Shown here: positions 36,671-45,398 of the stretch, piece after piece
How positions within the stretch are numbered: the stretch's first letter is position 1
Layout of the letters: each line of letters opens with the position of its first letter
DNA from: a virus
Taxonomy: Duplodnaviria > Caudoviricetes
Length of the DNA: 62,550 nucleotides
IMG/VR virus record: IMGVR_UViG_3300020045_014212
Location: 1 to 62,550 of that record
Reading direction: 5' to 3' (one strand)
The notes under the pieces: generated by a model
Databases searched by the model: none
Seen by the model: only the letters and a program-made list of their open reading frames with translations
Told to the model about the DNA's origin: nothing
Position numbers and translations under genes: made by a program

Positions 36671-37530
36671 TCAGCAGTAAATGTTAAAGAGTCTGCAAGT
36701 GTATGCGTAACTGTATCTTCTGGAATTATGTAACCCGCGTATGTCGGCCAAACATCTTGAATCCAAGCCTTAGTTTGAACCATGTTAGTTCCTGAACCGT
36801 AAGCCGTTGAGTCTGCGCGGGCTTGAATATTGTTAAACACAACCCTGTTTACTCCTTCTACCGAGCGAATGGCGGCCAAGAGGCTACCAAGCTCTACACT
36901 TCCATTAAACGGAATACTCGCCAAAAAGGTAGTGATTGCCGCAATGACAGTATCCGATATTACCGCCGAGTACAACCCATTATAAAAGATTTCCGCATCA
37001 ATATACAATCTGTCGGCAAGATATGATACCACATTGTAGTTAAGTCCATCTATTCCAATAATATTAACAAATGATTGGGCTGACGATAATTCCGGCGATG
37101 TAAGTACTGTTGGTGTTGTACCTTTTGCGACTTTTATTAATGTTGTTCCTGCAACGCCTTTAACGACAGAACAGAAAGTGATTATTCTGTAGTTGGGATT
37201 TGGAGAAGTGTAGTACGGATAGAGTTCCGGTAACTTGAGCTGTACTATTGGAACGTCTGTAGCATCGTATTCGAACAGATTTAACATCTGCCACTGGAAC
37301 CATTGAGCGGTCTGCGGCGAAGCCCTTTGTGCAATTAACTCTTGGTCAATTGTGAATTGGTCGTACAGTTGCTCTTGAATAGCACCTTCTTCGGCAATAG
37401 CCTCGAATTGCAAGGACTTGTAATCTGTCCTACTCCAATTATCGGGAGTTATAGTAATGCCAACATCAGCGCCCTTGAGCTTCATGTAATCCTTTAGCCG
37501 CTGTAAAATTGTTGCTTTTGATGTTGCCAT
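36667..37530 (-). CDS. Baseplate J-like protein
   Basis: IKVAK, AI..FL..IPFNG, L..AIRSVEGV, AGY C-terminus. Confidence 0.75.
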   Translation of the reverse strand: MATSKATILQRLKDYMKLKGADVGITITPDNWSRTDYKSLQFEAIAEEGAIQEQLYDQFTIDQELIAQRASPQTAQWFQWQMLNLFEYDATDVPIVQLKLPELYPYYTSPNPNYRIITFCSVVKGVAGTTLIKVAKGTTPTVLTSPELSSAQSFVNIIGIDGLNYNVVSYLADRLYIDAEIFYNGLYSAVISDTVIAAITTFLASIPFNGSVELGSLLAAIRSVEGVNRVVFNNIQARADSTAYGSGTNMVQTKAWIQDVWPTYAGYIIPEDTVTHTLADSLTFTAE

Positions 37531-38153
37531 TATATTAATTCCCATTTAGAAGGGTCAAATACTTTATCGTTATTGGCCTCGATACACGAATATCCAATCC
37601 CCTCTACTCCAACCCTATTACCAATCTCGTACTGTTTTCCAGAAACCCAAGACCAAACAACCGTCAAGCCAAGTGTAGGGGAGGTCAAGATTAACCATTG
37701 TTCCCCCTTATCAATATCCGACCCTGAATTATCAATAAATTGCGTTTTGAAAGAAACAATATACTTATAAACATTATTGTGTTTAAAGTCTTTTTTATCA
37801 GAAACACACATCATTGCAGAACAGAATGAGACCTTGGAGCCGGTGAATTTCTTTTTGATAGAGTCTCGTAAATCAAAAATCCCAAGATTCTGTTCCATGT
37901 TGTCGCCATCATTCAGAAGTGTATCAACAATATGGAACGAAAGTAATGTATCTGGATAAAAAGTAAATCCACCATTTCCTTGAACCGCCTGACCTAAATC
38001 AAACTCTATGAAAACAGCTGGAGTTAGAAACGAGTAAGAAGAACCGATAATCATTTCATCTGTCTGATTATCATATATATTTTTATACTTCCAATCCATG
38101 TCTTCAAGGATTAGAAGTATATCAGTGTATATTTGTTTTATGCGGCTACTCAT
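37530..38153 (-). CDS. Tail terminator/neck protein with C-terminal CBM-like module
   Basis: PAVFIEF motif; C-terminal W.SGKQY.IG.RV...Y.C...N. Confidence 0.6.
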   Translation of the reverse strand: MSSRIKQIYTDILLILEDMDWKYKNIYDNQTDEMIIGSSYSFLTPAVFIEFDLGQAVQGNGGFTFYPDTLLSFHIVDTLLNDGDNMEQNLGIFDLRDSIKKKFTGSKVSFCSAMMCVSDKKDFKHNNVYKYIVSFKTQFIDNSGSDIDKGEQWLILTSPTLGLTVVWSWVSGKQYEIGNRVGVEGIGYSCIEANNDKVFDPSKWELI

Positions 38154-38566
38154 TTAAAAGTTTGGTCTAAGATTGAGATTAAAAGCGCCTCCTGTTTATC
38201 AAGAATTTCATTGGAAGCGGTAATGAATTCTCTTTGAATGTTATTTCCTTGTGATGGAGATTCCTGATGGTATGCGGCATATCCTCGTCCTCTATCGTCA
38301 ACTGGGTCAATAAAAAGAATGCCTTTGTTTCCAGCAATCGTTATATTCCCTTGCGACAGTGTTTCTTGCCTGAGTCTGAGTTGGTCTTTAAGTATAGGAT
38401 TTGGCCTTGTAGTATCCATCCAAGGAACTCCAGTCTCACTATTACTTTCGGTAACAAAATTCTTAGCAAATTCCTCCTTTTGAGCAAGAATAATTCCTTC
38501 GCGCAAAAATCGTTTCTCCGCACGCTTGTATTCCCTTATCACATCATCAAATCCCCAAGTACTCAT
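38150..38566 (-). CDS. Virion morphogenesis protein (Mu gpG-like)
   Basis: NF...G.PW, YAAYHQ, QREF motifs. Confidence 0.7.
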   Translation of the reverse strand: MSTWGFDDVIREYKRAEKRFLREGIILAQKEEFAKNFVTESNSETGVPWMDTTRPNPILKDQLRLRQETLSQGNITIAGNKGILFIDPVDDRGRGYAAYHQESPSQGNNIQREFITASNEILDKQEALLISILDQTFK

Positions 38567-38988
38567 AGTTTACTCCAAATGTCGTCAGACAGTCCTTGCA
38601 ATGTTTTATACATAGGCTCAACAACTTCCTTAATCATAGACAGATTAGTTCCGAGTGTTTGCTCCATTTCTTTCGGTGTAGCGGTTCTCATCAAATCCAA
38701 TCCTAACTTAATTTCAGGATAGAAAAACTCACGCTCGAAAGTTATGAGGTTTTCCCAAGTACCCCTATGACACCCCACCCTTACAATAGAAGTGACCATC
38801 ATTGCACGACCTACGTACTCCATAAACAAAGGGTGAATTTGGTCTGGCGGGAATATCGAAGCGGCGAATTGGGCTTCGTGTTCCTTTCGTTTGTGTTCTT
38901 CTATATTTTTAACCCTAGCCTCGTTGAGTGCTATGGCTTTCTTGCCGGTCTTGTCACTTCCGCTAAATTTAAAAGGTTGACTGCTCAT
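38563..38988 (-). CDS. Hypothetical protein
   Basis: Start likely MSSQPF; ATGA overlap downstream. Confidence 0.55.
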   Translation of the reverse strand: MSSQPFKFSGSDKTGKKAIALNEARVKNIEEHKRKEHEAQFAASIFPPDQIHPLFMEYVGRAMMVTSIVRVGCHRGTWENLITFEREFFYPEIKLGLDLMRTATPKEMEQTLGTNLSMIKEVVEPMYKTLQGLSDDIWSKL

Positions 38989-39433
38989 AGAGGGAGATTG
39001 AGGTTTTATTGTTATCAAAAAGTTTCATTCTGTCAATCTGTGTTCTGCACTCTGCTTGAGAGTTGTATTGAATTGCAATCATTTCTTGCATCAAAGCAAA
39101 ATATGACATACACTCCATCGAAATGTCTTTAGAGTATTTTTCGTAAAGGTCAAGTTCTATCTTGAACGCACCTTCGATTATTTCGTACAATGATTCAAAC
39201 GAAATAGTAAAATCAATTGCCGGAATTTCGAAAAATATACCCCAATTATTCAAAAAATCTTTTAGTTTCTGCGCATGTTCCAATTCAGATTTAGCTTCAT
39301 CTCGGTAATATGCAGCAGCTTTCAAGTAACCAGTATTTTCACACCAGTTCGCTGCATTACTGTAGTAAAAATGAGCTTCATACTCATTTTTCATTCTATC
39401 CAGTATATTACTTTTGAGTTTTTCGCTTACCAT
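38969..39433 (-). CDS. Ferritin-like protein
   Basis: FtnA-like register E17, Y24, E50xxH53, E93, Q; 154 aa. Confidence 0.85.
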   Translation of the reverse strand: MVSEKLKSNILDRMKNEYEAHFYYSNAANWCENTGYLKAAAYYRDEAKSELEHAQKLKDFLNNWGIFFEIPAIDFTISFESLYEIIEGAFKIELDLYEKYSKDISMECMSYFALMQEMIAIQYNSQAECRTQIDRMKLFDNNKTSISLYEQSTF

Positions 39434-40844
39434 TGAATAGATTTTTTAGGCTTGGGCTATCTTCTTTTATAATTGTTGCTTCTGTTTTCTTTTCTTCTAT
39501 CAACTTCCTTTCTGGAGCTTGTTCCGTGAGCTTCATTCCGTATTCTTTCGAAAGCTCATCAACATCTATATTATAACCTGCATCATTCATTTGTTTTGCA
39601 GATTCAGACACTCGAATGCGATGTGCATCATTCTTTCTACGAACCGCTTCTTCCTCAACATCATTCAATAGGCCGAAATACAATCCAGAAGGGAATATAT
39701 TTTCAATAACTTTAGAACCTACAAATTTTCCCAACTTCCTAAAGGATTCAGTCTTTTCATTCACCTTATTAGAAACAAAATTACCATAGGTAATCTGTTT
39801 GGAGTTCATTGCCTGTTCAACCAAAGATGTTTTGTTGCCATCTTTATCTCCAGTTTGCTGTCCACCAAGTTTTCCGGCAGATGAAGCCATTGCATCTTCG
39901 TGGCCCAAAACCAATTGCGAACAGGCCTTCTTGATTCTGTTTGATAGGTTTTCGTATCCTTTCCAAGTTGTACCTGTCGCACCTGAATTGTGAACAAATT
40001 CAATCTTATCCTCGGTTCCTTTGTCCAATAGAACATATTGGTCTGAGGCGGCGTAGCGAAGATAATTTTCGAATTGTTTGCGCTCCTTTCCTACTTTAGA
40101 TGTAGTACCAACCCTTATGGGCATTCCATACAATTCAAGAAAGTCTATGTTCCACTCATCAATGTGGCGCATATTGATTTCTCCGTAAGCCAAGTTATAA
40201 AGGAGGCCATTCCCGCATCTTGAAACACCTCTGTTTGATTTGGTCTTAATGTAGTGATTGCACAACTCCATCAAAGGGTCATTCAAAGAAATACCATTCA
40301 TTGAATAAACCATAGAAGCTATGTAAGCTCCGTCCCATCCGTCAACATTAATATTCTCGCGGCGAATCGACCTTATTTCAGGGAAAGAATCGTTAACTAT
40401 ATCTCCGAGCGAAATGAGACTGTACCCCCAAAACGCCGCCTCTAAAACATATTCAAGATAATCCTGAAACCAATATTGCTCCCTTAGAGCTTGCGTGGCA
40501 GTTTCCGATACTATCTTCTCGCCACCTTTCACTTCGTACAGAAACATATCCCTTTGAAGGACAATTTCCATACACCTTTGAATCAACGCTTTAATAAAAA
40601 TGTTCTCAACGGTGTCAATGAACATTCTCATCATTTTCACCCTTTTAGGATAAAAAGGATGTTCCGATTCCCTTATAGCATCACGCCACATACCAACATC
40701 GTGAGCTAACCTCTCGAATTGTATTGGCGCAATGTAATCGTTGATATTAGCAAACGAAGGTTCCTTCCTCCAAAAACCCATTGGGTCTCCAAAGCGAGCT
40801 CTTCCACCTAAAGACGTTTCAAGAAATTTTAAGTTAGGATTCAT
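39408..40844 (-). CDS. Portal protein (DUF935/Mu gp29-like)
   Basis: A.FWGYSLI, W..FLE.YGMPIRVG, IEF, SQLVLG. Confidence 0.85.
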   Translation of the reverse strand: MNPNLKFLETSLGGRARFGDPMGFWRKEPSFANINDYIAPIQFERLAHDVGMWRDAIRESEHPFYPKRVKMMRMFIDTVENIFIKALIQRCMEIVLQRDMFLYEVKGGEKIVSETATQALREQYWFQDYLEYVLEAAFWGYSLISLGDIVNDSFPEIRSIRRENINVDGWDGAYIASMVYSMNGISLNDPLMELCNHYIKTKSNRGVSRCGNGLLYNLAYGEINMRHIDEWNIDFLELYGMPIRVGTTSKVGKERKQFENYLRYAASDQYVLLDKGTEDKIEFVHNSGATGTTWKGYENLSNRIKKACSQLVLGHEDAMASSAGKLGGQQTGDKDGNKTSLVEQAMNSKQITYGNFVSNKVNEKTESFRKLGKFVGSKVIENIFPSGLYFGLLNDVEEEAVRRKNDAHRIRVSESAKQMNDAGYNIDVDELSKEYGMKLTEQAPERKLIEEKKTEATIIKEDSPSLKNLFNGKRKTQK

Positions 40845-41151
40845 TCAATTCTCTTATTAAGGTCTCTCTAGCATCATTTTTAAGTGCTTGTAGTATTTCT
40901 TTTCCGTGTACGGATTTTGGAGATTCTTCTTCTGGAAGGTTCAAGGACTTAATAACAAGTCCGAGTGCTTCACTGTAGGAAAATTGACCTTTACGACCCC
41001 ACTTATTCTGTAATTTGTACAGGTCTGAAACAAATTCAGCTTTGTTGTTTTCGTACTTATTACGTCTCCACCATTCTAGAATCTTGATTCCGTAATGAGT
41101 GGAAATGATAAAGAATGTAGAAAAGAGGCTAACGAGAATGAGATTGGTCAT
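40834..41151 (-). CDS. Membrane-anchored hypothetical protein
   Basis: N-terminal TM (start likely MTNLILVS). Confidence 0.55.
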   Translation of the reverse strand: MTNLILVSLFSTFFIISTHYGIKILEWWRRNKYENNKAEFVSDLYKLQNKWGRKGQFSYSEALGLVIKSLNLPEEESPKSVHGKEILQALKNDARETLIRELNES

Positions 41152-42104
41152 TAGTATTTGCTTATATATTTTGGCTTCGACCCCCAAGTAAGATTCAATC
41201 CTTGTTGTGGCTGAAGTGGTTCAATGTCTAAGTTAATTCTTCCGTCTTTAATATCCTTTAACCATTGAAAAGTAGCATTCTTGTTACTTTCGCGGAGTGC
41301 AGGAATATTTTGAGGACTTATTCTTGAATGCAATCTCCATAAAGACAAATCAATCAGTGACGATACAAGGATTGCATTCCTATTATCCCCCAACTTCCAC
41401 ACGCCAATAGAAGGATAATTGGGTTCTTCTAATGTGCCTGTGAATGAATACTCGCCATCATCTGTCCAAAACAAATCTCCACCTTTAGCATTTGGGAAAG
41501 TATTTGCTGGAGGAATATTGTTTATGTACTGAAATTGAATGTAGGCAGCATCGTCAATAAGAACCGTTTCTTGTTTTGCAGTCCACACTTTATTAGCCCA
41601 CCAAACCTTATCATCTTTCTTGTAGTATCCAGCTGTAAAGATTCCTCTCTGTTGTTCCGGCTCTAAGCGAAAAATAGGATAAGGATAAGGGATATAATAA
41701 ACATCGTCTTTTTTACCTATTCTCACCCAATCTTCCGGCCTAAATGTAGCCGAATTATTTGGTTGTACGCAAAAATATCCGATGTCATTTTTTATAACGC
41801 AATTTCCGAATAGGTATGAGGTTTCTTCAGCAGGTGCGACCCATTCATCAAAATCAATACAAACCCTGTCGCCAGCATAATAGGTCTTGTAATAGTCGTA
41901 AGGTAATGTTGGCGTTATTTCAAACGCCAAATCAAACCTTTGTTCGATTGATTCGTAAATCTTGCCTATTGCCCACGTTTCAGCGAATATTCTTTGATTA
42001 GTTCCGGCATTCAATGGGTCAAGTAACTGATTGCTCAGTTGACCATTTTGAATTATCGGTGAGTAATCAACCTTTCGCAGATATGGAACGTAGGAATTTG
42101 CCAC
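41151..42104 (-). CDS. Head-tail adaptor (DUF1320/Mu gp36-like) with inserted CBM-like modules
   Basis: C-terminal DLSLWRLHSRISPQNIP..R....A..WLK.I..G; aromatic repeat inserts. Confidence 0.7.
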   Translation of the reverse strand: MANSYVPYLRKVDYSPIIQNGQLSNQLLDPLNAGTNQRIFAETWAIGKIYESIEQRFDLAFEITPTLPYDYYKTYYAGDRVCIDFDEWVAPAEETSYLFGNCVIKNDIGYFCVQPNNSATFRPEDWVRIGKKDDVYYIPYPYPIFRLEPEQQRGIFTAGYYKKDDKVWWANKVWTAKQETVLIDDAAYIQFQYINNIPPANTFPNAKGGDLFWTDDGEYSFTGTLEEPNYPSIGVWKLGDNRNAILVSSLIDLSLWRLHSRISPQNIPALRESNKNATFQWLKDIKDGRINLDIEPLQPQQGLNLTWGSKPKYISKY

Positions 42105-42108
42105 GATA

Positions 42109-42160
42109 CAAATATATGGTGTTCGTAGGACAAAAACAAATTAATGTTTTGTTAAATTTA
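42109..42160 (-). promoter_or_regulatory. Promoter for the portal/neck/baseplate operon
   Basis: TATATTTG (42109-42116), TTTG upstream, TTAACAAAACATTAA further upstream. Confidence 0.65.
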
Positions 42161-42306
42161 GTATAAATATAAACTACTATGTTGAATTATAAGATAGTAA
42201 TCACAATCTGTAATTTCATACCCATTATAAAAATAACGATTGTCAATCCGGCATATATTAAGTTTGAGCTCGAGTGTTATTGGAAGATCAAATAGTGTTG
42301 CTTGTT

Positions 42307-42519
42307 TCATTTATAAAAGATTATATGTGGATTAAAAATTCTTACCATATCATTGTTGTTGAAGGTTACATCATAAAATAACTTTCCCCACTTCTGGTTT
42401 TCGGTTATTGATTCAACCCTTCCATGATTCGAGAATAAATCGAGAGTGAATTCTTTGAACACCTCCTGTTCATCCTTTATATAATGGTCGTATATTATTC
42501 TGTAGATTTCTTTTTTCAT
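42307..42519 (-). CDS. Hypothetical protein
   Basis: ATGA overlap with terL. Confidence 0.6.
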   Translation of the reverse strand: MKKEIYRIIYDHYIKDEQEVFKEFTLDLFSNHGRVESITENQKWGKLFYDVTFNNNDMVRIFNPHIIFYK

Positions 42520-44198
42520 GAATACCTATTTCTAGTTCTTGATTTAAATGGAACATAATCGTCGACCTCCTCCACTTCAACAACAACCTCTTTCGCGGGT
42601 TTGTCAAAAGTATTCCTAACCTCTTTCTTTCCACCACTGGCTGCATATGACGTTCCGCCGGTTTGGAACTTTTGGTAAATGTCGTGTTCTTGTTCGCAGA
42701 TGTAATAGTCCATACAATCCCCCAAATGTCCTCGTTCCTGCACCCCTCTAATCCCATCAACCATCTTCAAATCCTTTCTCTTTCGCCCAGGCTTCTTCGG
42801 ATCTTCTGTAACATATTTCAAATCAGCCAAAAGGTTCACGCAGCGAGGAGAAATTCTAATCTTCAACCCACCGTACTCCTGCTTGAAGATAAGATTGATA
42901 AATCTCTGTCTAACAGAATTATTCGGGTTTGAGTCACGAACCCTTGTTTCTGGTTCGTACTTTTGAAGGTAGGACGATGCCATCGTAAAAAGGTTCTGTC
43001 CTTTTTCTAACTTCACATCTTCTTTTTTAGAAGTAGCATCTCCCATTATATCAAGTCCTGCCACATGGTTTGGATACCTTCTTTTAAACTCCTCTACTAC
43101 CCACTCTAAAGTGTTGTTCGGACTTCTTCCACAAATTTCATCTATAAATCGGAGTTCATCTCCTACTTTTTGGGCTATCAACGATGGAAAGTAAGGGTTA
43201 ACGTTCTCATCGAATATGAATGCAATTCGAACACCTCTCTCGTACTCAACATCGTCTTTGTGTTCGTTTTCGCGATAAAATTTGTAGTATGGTTGTTGGT
43301 TTAATTCGATACCCCAACCACCGTTACAATAAGCATCTATAAGTTGTTCGTCACCACCGGCTTTAATTACAAGTTGCTGATAATATGCTGCTGGATTTTG
43401 GAATAGGTTATCTGTGTATATGCTGTGGTGAGTTAGAATCTTACTTTTACGCAATGCAGTAATCATAACCCTTTCCTTTTCGGTCGACCCATCTTCCGAA
43501 CCGTAGATATAATCTTTTATCCAATGACCGTCTCTTACGTCACAGTTGTTGAACATACCCCAAAATTGTGTTCGTACTCCAGGTGTTCTCAACCTCGTGT
43601 ATAGCATACCAAATGTCTCAAAACTTATTTGATTCACCTCATCCACGATTATATCTGTCGGGTCATGCCATCCCTTGATACTTTCCTCATCGTCACAACC
43701 GAACATTGTAAAGATGTTTCCATATCCAAGACACTTTTCTCCTGTTCCCTTATAAAAGATTTGTTTGGTTCCGTTTGGTTTAATGGAATAATCAAAGTAT
43801 ATTTCCCATCCATTTCTTTTTATTTCTCCTATTATATTCTTATGAAACTCTGAAGCTCTTGCATATACCTGCCTTCCGTAAAAGCAATTAAACTTTTTTT
43901 GAGACATGCACTTTACAAGAAGTCTTGTGATTGCGTATGTTGTCTTTGACGAACCGTAAGCCCCATCAAGAAATAACATTCTTCCATTAAAATTCCACAA
44001 TGGAAGAAAAGCATCGTTTACGAAAATTCCTCTTGCCTTGCGAATATTTGCTATGTCATTAGTCTCAACCCATATCTCACCTTCGGGAGATTTCTCCTCA
44101 TCTGCATAAATGGTTTTTTTCAATTTATTCCATACACTTCCGGGCACGACCCTATACTCGACTCCGTCAAGAAATGTTCCGCGTAGTATTCTTTCCAT
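42516..44198 (-). CDS. terL: Terminase large subunit
   Basis: Walker A GAYGSSKT, Walker B IIVDE, nuclease FD.NV.P, GDAT, H.GD..DY. Confidence 0.9.
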   Translation of the reverse strand: MERILRGTFLDGVEYRVVPGSVWNKLKKTIYADEEKSPEGEIWVETNDIANIRKARGIFVNDAFLPLWNFNGRMLFLDGAYGSSKTTYAITRLLVKCMSQKKFNCFYGRQVYARASEFHKNIIGEIKRNGWEIYFDYSIKPNGTKQIFYKGTGEKCLGYGNIFTMFGCDDEESIKGWHDPTDIIVDEVNQISFETFGMLYTRLRTPGVRTQFWGMFNNCDVRDGHWIKDYIYGSEDGSTEKERVMITALRKSKILTHHSIYTDNLFQNPAAYYQQLVIKAGGDEQLIDAYCNGGWGIELNQQPYYKFYRENEHKDDVEYERGVRIAFIFDENVNPYFPSLIAQKVGDELRFIDEICGRSPNNTLEWVVEEFKRRYPNHVAGLDIMGDATSKKEDVKLEKGQNLFTMASSYLQKYEPETRVRDSNPNNSVRQRFINLIFKQEYGGLKIRISPRCVNLLADLKYVTEDPKKPGRKRKDLKMVDGIRGVQERGHLGDCMDYYICEQEHDIYQKFQTGGTSYAASGGKKEVRNTFDKPAKEVVVEVEEVDDYVPFKSRTRNRYS

Positions 44199-44226
44199 AA
44201 TTAAAATCTGAGGTTGATTTTAATTA

Positions 44227-44448
44227 TTATTCAGTATCCAATTTTTCAAAAGTTACAGGATGCCTATCTTTGTTCATGGCTCTAAAATAAAACCTATGTT
44301 CCTTCTTATAATTTGGAACAAAAAGGTATTGATTTTGATTTTCAAAAGTTATTATCTTTTGAACGCACTCCTCGAACTCGTTACCAATAAGTCCGGCGAG
44401 AAACCTTCGTCCGGCGAGGTATTCATTTAGTGAATTAAATGTTTTCAT
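44227..44448 (-). CDS. Hypothetical protein
   Basis: ORF between terS and terL. Confidence 0.55.
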   Translation of the reverse strand: MKTFNSLNEYLAGRRFLAGLIGNEFEECVQKIITFENQNQYLFVPNYKKEHRFYFRAMNKDRHPVTFEKLDTE

Positions 44449-45061
44449 CAGTATCTTTTTCTAATTTTTCCCAATCCACTTCTCCATTCTTTTCATCCTC
44501 CACCTCTTCCAATTCCTCATATTCCGGAGTATCAACCATTTCCTCTTGCCTTCTAACAACGGCATCTTCGAGTAATTTGTCGAATTGCTCTCCGGTCATT
44601 GGAAGATGGTTCATGCTGATGTTAATATCCTCCTGTTTTTTGTCACCAAATCTTTTCGGATTCATTCTTGCGGCTTGCCAGTTATAGTTTTTTGACAACT
44701 GGTTTCTTAGCATAGCTTGCGGAACACTGTTTTCTCCAAAACCCTCTAGGAGTATTTGGTTTGCCATATCAGCTAACTGATAAGCCCTAAACTCCATAGC
44801 CTCTTCTATTCTTTCCTTGTGCTTTGAATCTCTTTTCCACCTAAAGAATTGAGTTAGATTACAGCCATAATAATCAGCTATTTGCTGGAACGTATATTGT
44901 CCACGAGTAATGAGATCTTCCACATCATCTATCACGCTGTCGAAGTACAAACTCCAAGTTTTTGTCGTATCTACCTTTTTTATCTTCACAACCGGCGGAA
45001 CCCAAACTTCGAGTTCCTTGGTATTCTTTTTCTCTTCGTTTTCGTCGCTTTTTTTAGGCAT
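44435..45061 (-). CDS. terS: Terminase small subunit
   Basis: HTH-like QQIADYYG...FFRW and W.AARMNPKRFGDK. Confidence 0.8.
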   Translation of the reverse strand: MPKKSDENEEKKNTKELEVWVPPVVKIKKVDTTKTWSLYFDSVIDDVEDLITRGQYTFQQIADYYGCNLTQFFRWKRDSKHKERIEEAMEFRAYQLADMANQILLEGFGENSVPQAMLRNQLSKNYNWQAARMNPKRFGDKKQEDINISMNHLPMTGEQFDKLLEDAVVRRQEEMVDTPEYEELEEVEDEKNGEVDWEKLEKDTDENI

Positions 45062-45398
45062 AGTTTATCTTTTAATCGTAAAAAATATTTCTTTTTCTCC
45101 GTCCGGCAACTCTTCGACAACAACGAAATTTCCGTCACTCAAATCTCGTTTCCACATTCCGAGTTGAATGAAAGGGCTTCCGGTGGCAGTCCTAAGTCTT
45201 TTCCTCCTGTTTGGAAGTATTTCGTATAGAGTTATTTTTGATCTCCATTTCATTTTTTCTGACAATTTTAAACAATTCCTTAATTAATGCAAGTCCCTTT
45301 TCGTTAAAATACAATTTTATTTCCGAATTGTTTCTCTTCTTCAAATCCTCTTGCATCATTAAATCTCCCCAAAATTTATCATTCATACCCTTATGTTT

